Shown here: piece after piece, positions 1-10,463 of the stretch | Position numbering within the stretch: position 1 is the stretch's first letter | Layout of the letters: every line of letters starts with the position of its first letter | From: SAR202 cluster bacterium bin22 | GTDB taxonomy: Bacteria > Chloroflexota > Dehalococcoidia > Lucifugimonadales > UBA3495 | DNA length: 64,000 bases | Direction: 5' to 3' | Assembly: GCA_002238505.1 (NCBI GenBank) | Contig: MPMM01000014.1 | Coordinates: 19,845-83,844, forward strand | The notes under the pieces: generated by a model | Seen by the model: the letters and a program-made list of their open reading frames with translations, nothing else | What the model was told of the DNA's origin: nothing | Database searches by the model: none | Made by a program: the position numbers and the translations under genes

Positions 1-150
1 TTGGGGTTCAACCGTCTTTCCGGCGAAAGCCGGAATCCAGAGCCCCTCTAGTACCCTGCAGTTGACCATTCGCAACCTGTCTGGATTCCGGCTCAAGGCC
101 GGAATGACGATACAGATTTAGCAGTCATCATTTCCAACCTGTTGGCCTAC
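1..150. repeat. MITE-like repeat family A, copy 1 (cut by window edge)
   Basis: About 90 bp (approx 58-150) closely match 31460-31560, and match 40919-41066 in inverted orientation. Internal 13-bp inverted arms gccggaatccaga / tctggattccggc. The element ends directly at the obg stop codon. Confidence 0.6.
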
Positions 151-1472
151 TAGAACCATTCCATTTCTGAGCGGCCGATGCGGATGGTGTCTCCCGGCTC
201 GATGCCGGCCTCTTCAAGGCGGCGGGCGATGCCAAGGCGGGTCATTTCCCGCCACAGCTGCAGAAGCACGCGGTAGTCCCTGGTGTCGGCCAGGGCGCTG
301 AGGCGTTCGAGTTGCTCGGACTTGACCACGAACACGCCTCGGTCTTTGTAGAAGGAGACGGGCTCGGCGGACGGACGCCGGCGGTCAGGACCGGTGGGAG
401 CCTCGTCCGCCACAGGTTCGGCCACCTCAGCAGCCTGGGCCTCGGAGACGGAGACGCGCTCCATAATTTCGATTACCTGTCCCAGCATGGGGTCAACGCC
501 TTCGCCGCTGACTGCCGAAATGAAGAAGACCGGGGTGTCGGCGCCGTTGGGGAGGACCGGCGATTCTGCGGCGGCTTCTCTTAGGGAGGCTGCCAGGTCT
601 TCCCTGCGTTCCCGGACCTCGGTTACGTCGATCTTGTTGACGGCGATGACCTGGGGTTTGTGGGCGAGGGCAGGGTTAAACTCCTGCAGTTCCCGGTTAA
701 TCATGTGGAAGTCGGCCACGGGATCTTCAGAGAGGCCGTCCAAAACGTGGACGTAGAGGCGGGCCCGCTCGGCGTGGCGGAGGAACTGGTCACCGAGACC
801 AACGCCCTCGTGAGCGCCCTCCAGCAAGCCGGGCACTTCCATCATCACGAAGTCCTGGCCGCGGGTGCTTACCACGCCCAATACCGGTTCCACCGTGGTG
901 AAGGGGTAGTCGGCAATACGGGGTTTGGCCGCCGAACAACGGGATATAAGCGTGGACTTACCGGCGTTGGGCCTGGCCAGCAGTCCCACGTCGGCCAGGA
1001 GCTTCAGTTCGAGGAAGAGGACAACGTAGTCGCCGCGTTCACCGCGCTGGGAGAGCATTGGTTCCTGGTTGGTGGGCGACACATAGTGTTCGTTGCCCCA
1101 GCCACCGGCGCCGCCCTGGGCGACCAGCCGGGGTGTATCATCGGTGACGTCAGTGAGAAATTCCTTCTCGCCGCCCTTGAGCATGCGCCAGATGACCGTG
1201 CCGAGCGGGACCTTGATGTAAGTGTCCTCGCCGTTGCCGCCGCGCTGGCCCTTGCCCTTGCCGTGACCGCCCCGGTCCACGTACATGGTGCTGTTGTACT
1301 TGAGGTGGAGGAGAGTGTTCAGGGATCCATCGCCGACCACGTAGGCGTTGCCACCGTTGCCACCATCACCGCCGTTGGGTCCGCCCTTGGGCCGGAATTT
1401 TTCCCTGAGGAAACTGACGCAGCCGTTGCCACCGTCACCGGCTTTAATGTTAAGTCTAACTGTATCTATCAT
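150..1472 (-). CDS. obg: GTPase Obg/CgtA
   Basis: Gly-rich Obg N-domain (DGGNGCVSFLREKF, GGPNGGDGGNGG). G1 NAGKST, G3 VPGLLEGA, G4 NKID. C-terminal OCT-like tail. Confidence 0.95.
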   Translation of the reverse strand: MIDTVRLNIKAGDGGNGCVSFLREKFRPKGGPNGGDGGNGGNAYVVGDGSLNTLLHLKYNSTMYVDRGGHGKGKGQRGGNGEDTYIKVPLGTVIWRMLKGGEKEFLTDVTDDTPRLVAQGGAGGWGNEHYVSPTNQEPMLSQRGERGDYVVLFLELKLLADVGLLARPNAGKSTLISRCSAAKPRIADYPFTTVEPVLGVVSTRGQDFVMMEVPGLLEGAHEGVGLGDQFLRHAERARLYVHVLDGLSEDPVADFHMINRELQEFNPALAHKPQVIAVNKIDVTEVRERREDLAASLREAAAESPVLPNGADTPVFFISAVSGEGVDPMLGQVIEIMERVSVSEAQAAEVAEPVADEAPTGPDRRRPSAEPVSFYKDRGVFVVKSEQLERLSALADTRDYRVLLQLWREMTRLGIARRLEEAGIEPGDTIRIGRSEMEWF

Positions 1473-1760
1473 GTGTCAATTGTAGAATAGATAACAGGAA
1501 TAATAAAGGCGTAGATAAGTGGACAATCAGGTTCAGGGTTATGTAATAGGTTAGTTTACATCTGCCTTAAGGGACTGGGCTGGCGGGGGTGGTTTGTGGA
1601 TAAGTAGGGGTTATTTGTGGATATGGGAAATGAGGGCGGAGGCGGGAAAATTTTGTCCACGGAGGCAGGTGTGGAAATTAACGGGCTTTGGAGTGTTATC
1701 CCCGGATTAGAACGGGTTATCCACAGTTTACCGGGAGTTATCCACTATATAGGGGGAAAT
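1473..1760. other. Candidate chromosomal replication origin (oriC): AT-rich stretch plus DnaA-box cluster
   Basis: Perfect TTATCCACA boxes at 1717-1725 (+) and 1595-1603 (as tgtggataa). 8/9 boxes at 1738-1746 (ttatccact) and 1616-1624 (tgtggatat). 7/9 boxes at 1653-1661 and 1670-1678. AT-rich 1473-1560 could serve as the unwinding element. Lies immediately downstream of dnaA. Confidence 0.75.
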
Positions 1761-1793
1761 GGTCGGTGGCGGGAGGGCTGAGGGGAAGGGTTT

Positions 1794-2061
1794 GATGCCC
1801 TTCGGCAGGCTCGGGGCGACATGACTTGGGGTTTGGGATGTCGGCCATTTGTCAGGGAGATTGGCCTTCCGCGCAGAGACCATCCCGAAAACCAGCTTTC
1901 GGACCCGTAACCGGATAGTCGGGAAGGGTTGTAGGCCCTTCGGCAAGCTCAGGGCGAACGGGGGTAGTTGTACACGAAGGGGGGCGAATTGTCGCGAATT
2001 GGGTTGGTTGAATGGGCAGCAGCCAGGGCAGACACGCAGGTCTGCCCCTACCGTGGTTTGG
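1794..2061. repeat. Dispersed repeat copies: family R1 at 1794-1832 and 1931-1964, palindromic family B variant at 2034-2061
   Basis: R1 core cccttcggcaRgctcRgggcgaMMt recurs at more than 15 sites in the window. The B variant is cagggcagacacgcaggtctgcccctac. Confidence 0.7.
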
Positions 2062-2089
2062 GTGAATGGGCGGCGCTCACGCGGGCTAA

Positions 2090-3463
<1,374 letters not shown>

Positions 3464-3892
3464 GGTGCTTACCCGGTGGTGGAAAGTGGTCGGAAGGGAA
3501 CAGTGGCGAAAAGCTTACCCGCCGGGGTAGGGCGGCGCAAGACAGCCCGGCAGGCCGTGGGAGGAGGCGTCCAGGTATGGAACGGGTACCAACACGGCAC
3601 GAAAACGTGGCTGACGTATCTGGCTTACCCCTCTGCTGCCCCCCGCGAGTTCCGCGAAAATTCACCGAAACTACACGACATGGGGCGCCGACGGAGGGTC
3701 TTTTCCCGGCGACCGGGAAGAGGGAGGGTTCTTTCGGTCACCCGCCGGGCGCTGCCGCTGGCTGCTGCGCCAAGCAGCATCGCCGTTGGAATTAAAGGTG
3801 AAGTGTGATTAACTCTATCTGAGAGAGGACATTTCTTTGGGTAACATAACAATGCAAAGCATTCTCACTTCGCCGGGAGGCTGAATTCAACT

Positions 3893-6016
3893 ATGCCAGA
3901 ACAGAGACCCCATGTTCCACCGGATGCCACTCCACAAGCAGCCAGTCCGCCGGTGGCCCCGCAGCTGCCCTACAGCTATACCCGTCACGGCGTCACTATT
4001 GACGACCCGTGGCGGTGGCTGAGGGACCTGGGCTACCCCACCGTGGAGGACGAGGAGATACTGGCGTACCTAAACGCCGAGAACGCCTATTTCGAGGCCC
4101 GGATGGCGCCCTACAAGGGGCTGACGGACACCATCTTCGAGGAGATTAAGGGTCGCCAGCAGCCCGACCTGGCCAGCGTGCCCTGGAAGGACGGCGACTG
4201 GTATTACCAGTGGAGATTCGCCGAGGAGAGCCAGTATCGGGTGTGGCTGCGCTGGCCGGCAACGGGCGATAATGCACGGGAGGCCCCCACGGCCGAGGCC
4301 GAGACCATCCTGGACGAGCCGGCCCTGGCCGAGGGACTGGAGTATTTCCGCCTGGGCTCCCTGAGCGTCAGCCACGGCGGCAACCTGATGGCATACGGCG
4401 CCGACACCGACGGCTCAGAGCGGTTCCGGCTGGTAGTGAAAGACCTGGAGACGGGGAAACTGCTGCCCGAGGAGATACCGGATACCACCAGCCGCGTGGT
4501 TTGGTCGGCCGACGATTCGTCCTTCTTCTATACCCTGGTGGACGAAAACTGGCGGCCCTGGCAGGTGCGCCGCCACGTATTGGGTCAGCCTGTGGAGCAG
4601 GACGCCGTGGTTTACGAGGAAAGCGACCCCGGCTTTTTCGTTGGCATAGGCGAGTCGTCATCGAGGGAGTACGTCATTATTGGCGCCGGCGACCATGTAA
4701 CCAGCGAGGTGCGGCTGGTCCCCACCGCGGACCCGGCGGCGGACCCGCTGGTGGTGGCGCCCCGCCGGACCAACCACGAATATTCAGTGGACCACCAGGG
4801 CGACCGCTTTGTGATCCGCACCAACGATACCCACAAGAACACTCGCCTGGCCGTGGCCCCGGGCGACGACCCCACCGAGGCCGCCTGGACGCCGCTGGTG
4901 GACGCCTCGGACACGCACTACATAACGGGGTTTGAAACCTTCCAGGACTTCATAGCCGTGGAGGAGCGGATTAACGGCCTGGACCACATATGCCTGATAG
5001 ACCGGGCGGGGGAGACCACCTACGTTGATTTTCCCGAGGATGCCTACACAACCGGCGTGGGCCAGAACCGGGAGTTTCAGACCGATACGCTGCGGCTGGA
5101 CTACACCTCCATGGTGACGCCCAATACCGTGTTCGACTACCACCTGGGCGCCGGTGAACTGGAAGTGAGGCAGGTGCAGGAGGTGCCCAGCGGGTATGAC
5201 GGGTCTGAGTACGTTACGGAAAGGGTGCTGGCCCCGGCCCGGGACGGCGCGGAGGTGCCGGTGTCACTGGTCCGGCGGCGGGAAACGCCGGTGGATGGCA
5301 CTGCGCCGGTTTACCTGTATGGATACGGCGCCTACGGGCACGCCATTCCGCCCTCCTTCTCCACTACCCGCCTGTCGCTGCTGGACCGGGGCTTCATCTT
5401 CGCCATCGCCCACATCCGGGGCGGAGATGACATGGGCTACCACTGGTACGAGGCGGGAAAGCTGGACCGCCGGACCAACACCTTCAATGACTTTGTTGAC
5501 GCGGCCCGCCACCTGGTGAAAGAGGGGTACGGCTCAGAAGGCCGCATAGCCATCGCCGGAGGCAGCGCTGGCGGGCAGTTGATGGGGGCGGTGGTCAACC
5601 AGGCCCCGGAACTGTGGGGCGCGGTGGCCGCCCACGTGCCCTTCGTGGACGTGCTGAACACCATGCTGGATGATTCGTTGCCGCTGACGCCCATCGAGTG
5701 GCCCGAGTGGGGGAACCCGATTGCGGACGAGGCCGCCTTCGAGTACATCCGGTCCTACTCGCCCTACGACCAGCTTGAGGCCAGGGACTACCCGCCCATC
5801 CTGGCGACGGCGGGCCTCAACGATCCCCGGGTAACCTACTGGGAGCCGGCCAAGTACGTGGCCAGGCTGCGGGCGCTGAAGACGGACGATAACCTGCTGT
5901 TGTTGAAGACCAACATGGGCGCGGGGCACGGGGGGCGCTCGGGGCGGTACGACCGGCTTTACGAAGTGGCGGAGGAGTACGCTTTCATGCTGGCGGCGAT
6001 GGGGCTGGCGGATTGA
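3893..6016 (+). CDS. ptrB: S9A family serine peptidase (oligopeptidase B / prolyl oligopeptidase type)
   Basis: N-terminal beta-propeller-sized region. Nucleophile elbow GGSAGG. Downstream NDPRV and GAGHGG (Asp/His of the triad). 707 aa. Confidence 0.8.
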   Translation: MPEQRPHVPPDATPQAASPPVAPQLPYSYTRHGVTIDDPWRWLRDLGYPTVEDEEILAYLNAENAYFEARMAPYKGLTDTIFEEIKGRQQPDLASVPWKDGDWYYQWRFAEESQYRVWLRWPATGDNAREAPTAEAETILDEPALAEGLEYFRLGSLSVSHGGNLMAYGADTDGSERFRLVVKDLETGKLLPEEIPDTTSRVVWSADDSSFFYTLVDENWRPWQVRRHVLGQPVEQDAVVYEESDPGFFVGIGESSSREYVIIGAGDHVTSEVRLVPTADPAADPLVVAPRRTNHEYSVDHQGDRFVIRTNDTHKNTRLAVAPGDDPTEAAWTPLVDASDTHYITGFETFQDFIAVEERINGLDHICLIDRAGETTYVDFPEDAYTTGVGQNREFQTDTLRLDYTSMVTPNTVFDYHLGAGELEVRQVQEVPSGYDGSEYVTERVLAPARDGAEVPVSLVRRRETPVDGTAPVYLYGYGAYGHAIPPSFSTTRLSLLDRGFIFAIAHIRGGDDMGYHWYEAGKLDRRTNTFNDFVDAARHLVKEGYGSEGRIAIAGGSAGGQLMGAVVNQAPELWGAVAAHVPFVDVLNTMLDDSLPLTPIEWPEWGNPIADEAAFEYIRSYSPYDQLEARDYPPILATAGLNDPRVTYWEPAKYVARLRALKTDDNLLLLKTNMGAGHGGRSGRYDRLYEVAEEYAFMLAAMGLAD

Positions 6017-6091
6017 GGGGGAGTTCTGATTCTATCCACGAAGGAGGACGAGAATCTGGCTGGAGACTATCGTTGCAGGAGCATTAGTCGT

Positions 6092-6361
6092 TTACTGTCG
6101 CGTCAAGAGCCTGTCGTATTCGTGATGGGGGCCGATCCAGAACCACACGATGTCGCCGCCGTCCAATATGCCAAGGGCGCGATAGTCGACCGTTATTCGA
6201 ACCGAATAGACCGCGCGGCGTCTGCCTACCCGTTTGAAATCCAGGCTCGGGTGATTGGGATTTGTCTCAAAAAAGCGGTAGGCCTCTCTCGCTTGTCTCT
6301 GAATTTGTGGGGGAAGTCTGTGGTACGCCTCCCAAAAGCCTCGTTGGGCAAAAGAGCGCAT
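6092..6361 (-). CDS. ParE-like toxin (RelE/ParE superfamily)
   Basis: 89 aa. Pattern NPNHPSLDFKRV...YSVRITVDYRALG...WFWIGPHHEYDRL is typical of ParE-like toxins. The 2-nt gap to the upstream small ORF suggests an operon. Confidence 0.7.
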   Translation of the reverse strand: MRSFAQRGFWEAYHRLPPQIQRQAREAYRFFETNPNHPSLDFKRVGRRRAVYSVRITVDYRALGILDGGDIVWFWIGPHHEYDRLLTRQ

Positions 6362-6363
6362 TC

Positions 6364-6588
6364 TTACAGGTCTTGGGAATCCAGGGGCGCCGTCTTTCCG
6401 GCGTTGTGGTCAGCCAATGCCGCATCCGCCATTTGGGTCAGCAGATCGTCCGATTCAGGACGGTCAAACAGTTCGGCCCATTGCCGTTCGGATTCCAGTT
6501 CTGCCAGAAGAAAGCGAGCGAACTTGTCCTGTTCGTCTTCAGGCAGTAATGATGCCTTCTCAAAAGCCTCTTTCAACAGCTGATTCAT
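6364..6588 (-). CDS. Putative cognate antitoxin of the ParE-like toxin
   Basis: Start moved to the internal ATG at 6586-6588 (MNQLLKEAFEKASLLPEDEQD...), preceded by ggaggcgc. Small acidic protein directly upstream of the toxin. Confidence 0.55.
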   Translation of the reverse strand: MNQLLKEAFEKASLLPEDEQDKFARFLLAELESERQWAELFDRPESDDLLTQMADAALADHNAGKTAPLDSQDL

Positions 6589-6721
6589 AGCGCCTCCAAG
6601 TAATACCGGCAGCACAGGGGCTAGCCGGGGAACAATAATCATCCGCGACTGCTCACGAATCGTCACTAATAGCTTTTTCTTGCATTCGTGACAATTTCCT
6701 CCGGTTCGTGGATGAATTCCT

Positions 6722-7756
6722 TTACTCCCCCGGGCCGAAGAGCTGGGGGAGGTCGGTAATCTGGGCGGTGCCGGTGGAGGGGGCGGCCAGGTTCAGGGTC
6801 TGGCCGGGGTTGGCGCTGGCGGTGCGGACGTAGCCCAGGCCAACCAGGTCTCCGGTGGAAGGCAGGGGAGACAGGGAAGTTACCTGTCCCACGCTGCGGC
6901 CATCCAGTTCCAGGGTAGCGCCCTCGGTCACCTGGGCGCCCTCGGAGAATACCAGGCGCACCAGGTATTTCTGCACTTTCTGGTAGGTATCGAGGCGGGC
7001 GATAACCTCCTGGCCGATGTAGCAGCCCTTGGCAAAGTCCACAGAGCCGATGAGCCCGGCCTCCAGGGGGTTGAAGTTGTCGCCCATTTCGCGGCCGTGT
7101 CGAGGTATGCCGCCATGGACCAGGGAGGCATTGAAGGCTTCGGTGCCCACGGGGGTTGCGCCCGAGGCCATAAGAGCTTCCCAAACACTGGCGGCGCCTT
7201 CCGAGGCCACGAGCACGTCAAAGGCCGTAATTTCGCCCATGGGACGGCGAAGGACAACCGTGTCATGGCCGCCTGTGGCGCATTGCAGGACCGAATAAGG
7301 AGGCAGGCTCTGCAGGGTGGCCCCGTCCGGTTCCAGTCCCGCCGCCCTGGCCACCGTCGCCGGGCTGTCGGGGCCGCAGACGGTGAAGAGGGCTGTCTCG
7401 CCGGTAATGTCCTCCACCTCCAGGTCTTCCATGATGGTGTACTTGTCGAGCCAGTCGATTACGGCCTGCTGGCAGTCGGGGCTGGTGATGAGGAGGGTGT
7501 AGTCGCCGGTATTGACCACGCCGAGGAGGTCGAGGATGCGTCCCCGGTCGGTGGTGAGGACGGTGGGGGCGCCCTGCCCCGGGGCGAGGTTGACGATGCC
7601 GTTGGTGGACAGGCGGTTGAGCAGGTCGAGGGTGTCTTCGCCGGTGGCCTTGAGCCGGCCGGTGGCGGAGTTGTCGTGGAGGCCGACTGCCTCGGTAATG
7701 GCCCGAAATTCGGCGGCGACGTCGGTATAGACGGCGGTAGTGGCGGGAGCGGTCAT
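6722..7756 (-). CDS. Folate-binding YgfZ/GcvT-family protein
   Basis: KGCYIGQE motif and GcvT-like fold length. Start chosen at ATG 7754-7756 (MTAPATT), 8 nt after GGAGG. Confidence 0.75.
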   Translation of the reverse strand: MTAPATTAVYTDVAAEFRAITEAVGLHDNSATGRLKATGEDTLDLLNRLSTNGIVNLAPGQGAPTVLTTDRGRILDLLGVVNTGDYTLLITSPDCQQAVIDWLDKYTIMEDLEVEDITGETALFTVCGPDSPATVARAAGLEPDGATLQSLPPYSVLQCATGGHDTVVLRRPMGEITAFDVLVASEGAASVWEALMASGATPVGTEAFNASLVHGGIPRHGREMGDNFNPLEAGLIGSVDFAKGCYIGQEVIARLDTYQKVQKYLVRLVFSEGAQVTEGATLELDGRSVGQVTSLSPLPSTGDLVGLGYVRTASANPGQTLNLAAPSTGTAQITDLPQLFGPGE

Positions 7757-7860
7757 AAGGCTAACCTCCTTTGGAGGGGGAGATTTGGCTTTCATATTAG
7801 TCCAGCCCTATTCTACCATTGCCCACTCACTCGGGGGTGCCGAGCGCCATGTGCAGGGTC

Positions 7861-8250
7861 TTACCCTTGACTGTGCGCGCTGAGCCTGTCTATTAGGTGC
7901 GCTCCCACCCGTTCGCCCTGAGCTTGTCGAAGGGCCACCGCGTGCCTTCCTTGCTCCCTTCCCCTTCCCTTAATCCTTTCCTCGTGAAAGTTCAACGAGC
8001 CTTGACCAGTCTGTTCAATCAGTGACCGTTTCTTGGCTTTGCTCCATTTCTTCAGTTGACGTTCCCGCGCTAACGCATCCTCGCGTGTGGGGAATTCCTC
8101 GGAGAAAACGAGCTTTATGGGTCGGCGGGACTGGGTGTATCCGGGAATCTGGCCGAACTGGTGGGCGGCGACTCGGGATTCGAGGTTCTCGGTGTGTCCG
8201 GTGTAATAGGAGTTGTCAGAACAAAGGAGGATGTATACGTAGAATGGCAT
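7861..8250 (-). CDS. GIY-YIG domain protein (small UPF0213-type), 3' end extended by a repeat insertion
   Basis: FYVYILLC...YYTGHT...L..R...H motif. The last ~35 codons read through an R1 repeat copy (LRQAQGERV). Confidence 0.8.
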   Translation of the reverse strand: MPFYVYILLCSDNSYYTGHTENLESRVAAHQFGQIPGYTQSRRPIKLVFSEEFPTREDALARERQLKKWSKAKKRSLIEQTGQGSLNFHEERIKGRGREQGRHAVALRQAQGERVGAHLIDRLSAHSQG

Positions 8251-8395
8251 GGTTTGCAGGTTGGGTCATGCCCTTCGACAGGCTCAGGGCGAACGGGTGT
8301 AGTTGACTGGCTCCTCTAATGAACTTCTGGGGAATGGCATTTGACCTACGGTCACCCCCCCCCGACTAAACGAGGGGAGGCAAGCGGCCCTGCCG

Positions 8396-8860
8396 TTAAT
8401 TGCCGGTGGTGGGCAGGGCTGCGGAGTAGAGTTCCCGCGATATGGCCTGGCGGACGGGGCGCAGGTAGGGACGGGAGGCCCGCATCTGCTCCAGCAGGGT
8501 AGCCAGGGGCAGCCAGTGGGCCTGGTCTATGCCTTCATTCAGGTCAGGCTGGAGGGGGTCGGACAGATCGCCGTTGTAGTCCAGCAGGAACCACTGGACT
8601 GTCTTGTTGACGGGGCCGATCTTGTAGTAGGAAATGTAGGTGGTGCGACAGAGGGGAGAACGGATGGAAAGAGAGGGGGATGGGAGGCCGGTCTCTTCGG
8701 AGATTTCCCGGAGAGCGCAATTTTCGTAGGGTTCGTCGAGGTAGTCCAGTTTGCCCTTGGGCAGGTCCAGGAGGCGGTGTTTGCGAATAACGAGGGCATG
8801 GCCGCCGCAGAGGACGAGGCCTCCGGCGGCAAACATTTGGGGCAGCTCATCTCTATTCAT
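8396..8860 (-). CDS. NUDIX hydrolase
   Basis: Nudix-box-like GKLDYLDEPYENCALREISEETGL. Overlaps the ppk2 stop by 8 nt. Confidence 0.85.
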   Translation of the reverse strand: MNRDELPQMFAAGGLVLCGGHALVIRKHRLLDLPKGKLDYLDEPYENCALREISEETGLPSPSLSIRSPLCRTTYISYYKIGPVNKTVQWFLLDYNGDLSDPLQPDLNEGIDQAHWLPLATLLEQMRASRPYLRPVRQAISRELYSAALPTTGN

Positions 8861-9746
8861 GTATCAGGATGCGCTCCAGGATACCAATTTGGTCTCGGTT
8901 AAGGCCGGTGAATAACACGCCGTCCACCACCACGTCGGTGAGCATATCCGTGTCGGGCGCCTGGTAGATGACCTCGGGTCGCAGGTCCTTACCCTTGTAC
9001 TCAAACCGGGTGAGGATGTAGTGGATGGCGTTGAGCCGGGCCTGCTGCTTATTGTCCGACTCTATGATAACCCACGGGGCATAGTCGGTGGAGGTGACGG
9101 CGAACATTCTTTCCTTGAAGTAGGTAAGAAGCTGCCACCGCTCGGCCACCTTGCGGTCGTTGGGGGAATACTTCCAGTACTGGAGGTCGCTGTCCTGCCG
9201 CATGCGGAAGCGCAGGTCCTGGGACTCACGGCTCACCGACAGGTAAAGCTTGATGAAGGTGACGCCCTCGTCCACCAGTTCCCGTTCCCAGTCGTTTACC
9301 TTGTTTATGAAGTAGTGGTACTGGCGCATGGTGCAGTAGCCCATGGCCGGCTGGATGAGGGCGCGGGAATACCAGGAGCGGTCGAAAACCATCATTTCGC
9401 CGGCTTTGGGCATCAGCTTGTAATGGTGCCCCAGCCAGTTGCGCATTTCCTGGGGAGTGGGAATGCCCTGGGTGATGATTCCCGAGGTCCTGGGGTTGAG
9501 GTAGTGGGTAATGGCCGAGGCGATGTTTCCCTTGCCGGCGGCGTCCCGGCCCTCGAGGACTATGGCGACCCGCTGGTCCGTATCCACCACCCATTCCTGG
9601 AGGGCCAGGAGCTGGCGGCGGAGGACGCGAAGCTCGGCGCGGTATTCCAGGTATTCGATGCCCCGAAAGGCCGGCACATCATGACTGATCGCCCGGGTTT
9701 CGGGCAGGATATTGTTATTTTCCAGCTTTACGTCGTACGCAACCAT
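8853..9746 (-). CDS. ppk2: Polyphosphate kinase 2 family protein
   Basis: Walker A-like GRDAAGKG, FDRSWYSR lid motif, ~300 aa single-domain PPK2 size. Confidence 0.9.
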   Translation of the reverse strand: MVAYDVKLENNNILPETRAISHDVPAFRGIEYLEYRAELRVLRRQLLALQEWVVDTDQRVAIVLEGRDAAGKGNIASAITHYLNPRTSGIITQGIPTPQEMRNWLGHHYKLMPKAGEMMVFDRSWYSRALIQPAMGYCTMRQYHYFINKVNDWERELVDEGVTFIKLYLSVSRESQDLRFRMRQDSDLQYWKYSPNDRKVAERWQLLTYFKERMFAVTSTDYAPWVIIESDNKQQARLNAIHYILTRFEYKGKDLRPEVIYQAPDTDMLTDVVVDGVLFTGLNRDQIGILERILIHE

Positions 9747-9887
9747 CAGAAAATAACCGCCGCACCGCCAGAAAGGCGGGTATTCAACCTTGCTGTCCCT
9801 AGTCTATCGTAAATAATGGCCGGGAAGGATGTCAATCGTATGCGCTTTCAGGGAAGTTGCGGATCCGGAGGGGTTAAGGAAGCCGGG

Positions 9888-10220
9888 TACCATCCCGCTG
9901 ACCGGGTTTCGAGCCTGTAGCCGGACAGTGGGGAGGGATTTCAGGCCCTTCGGCTGCGCTCAGGGCGACATTGACTTGGGGGTTGGCGGGGCCTACAGCA
10001 TCCCGCTGACCGGGTTTCGGGCCCGCAGCCGGACGGTGAGGAGGGATTTGAGGCCCTTCGGCAGGCTCAGGGCGACATTGACCTGTGGGTTGGCGGGGCC
10101 TACAGCATCCCGCAAAGCGGGTTTAGGGCCTGTAGCGGGATAGTGAGGAGGGATTTCGGGCCCGCAGCCGGATAGTGAGGAGGGATTTGAGGCCCTTCGG
10201 CAGGCTCAGGGCGACATTGG
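9888..10220. repeat. Tandem array of three ~109-bp units, each carrying an R1 core
   Basis: Units at about 9888-9991, 9992-10100 and 10101-10220 (tacagcatcccgctgaccgggtttcgggcc...ggcccttcggcaggctcagggcgacattgac). The third unit has an internal duplication. Confidence 0.8.
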
Positions 10221-10366
10221 TTGAATGCCTTAAGGGGGGTTGCCACCTGTTGTCTGAATGTAAGACGTGATTGGGTTGATGGGGCGCTGACCGGCCCTGC
10301 AAAGTTGTACGGTCGTGTGGTATGATTTAGTGCCAGCGGTCGAGGGAGACCGCCCGCGTTGTTTTG

Positions 10367-10458
10367 CCAGATACAGTCCCATTGGGACCACAAGAGAATG
10401 GCAGTTAGTTAGAAACCAGATACAGTCCTAATTGGGACCACAAAAGAAAGGCAGTTAG
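10367..10458 (+). repeat. Two tandem ~42-bp repeats forming the rplS leader
   Basis: ccagatacagtcccattgggaccacaagagaatggcagttag (10367-10408) and ccagatacagtcctaattgggaccacaaaagaaaggcagttag (10416-10458). The second ends 5 nt before the rplS ATG. Confidence 0.8.
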
Positions 10459-10463
10459 CTAAA

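Noticed and set aside
3464-3892. Second DnaA-box cluster or ncRNA in the 430-bp region upstream of dnaA
   Set aside because: No 8/9 or better TTATCCACA matches were seen by eye, and no recognisable RNA family signature. Left uncalled.
9888-10220. Possible CRISPR array (regular repeats)
   Set aside because: The units are contiguous ~109-bp tandem repeats with no unique spacers. The repeat core is the dispersed R1 element found all over the window. No cas genes are present.
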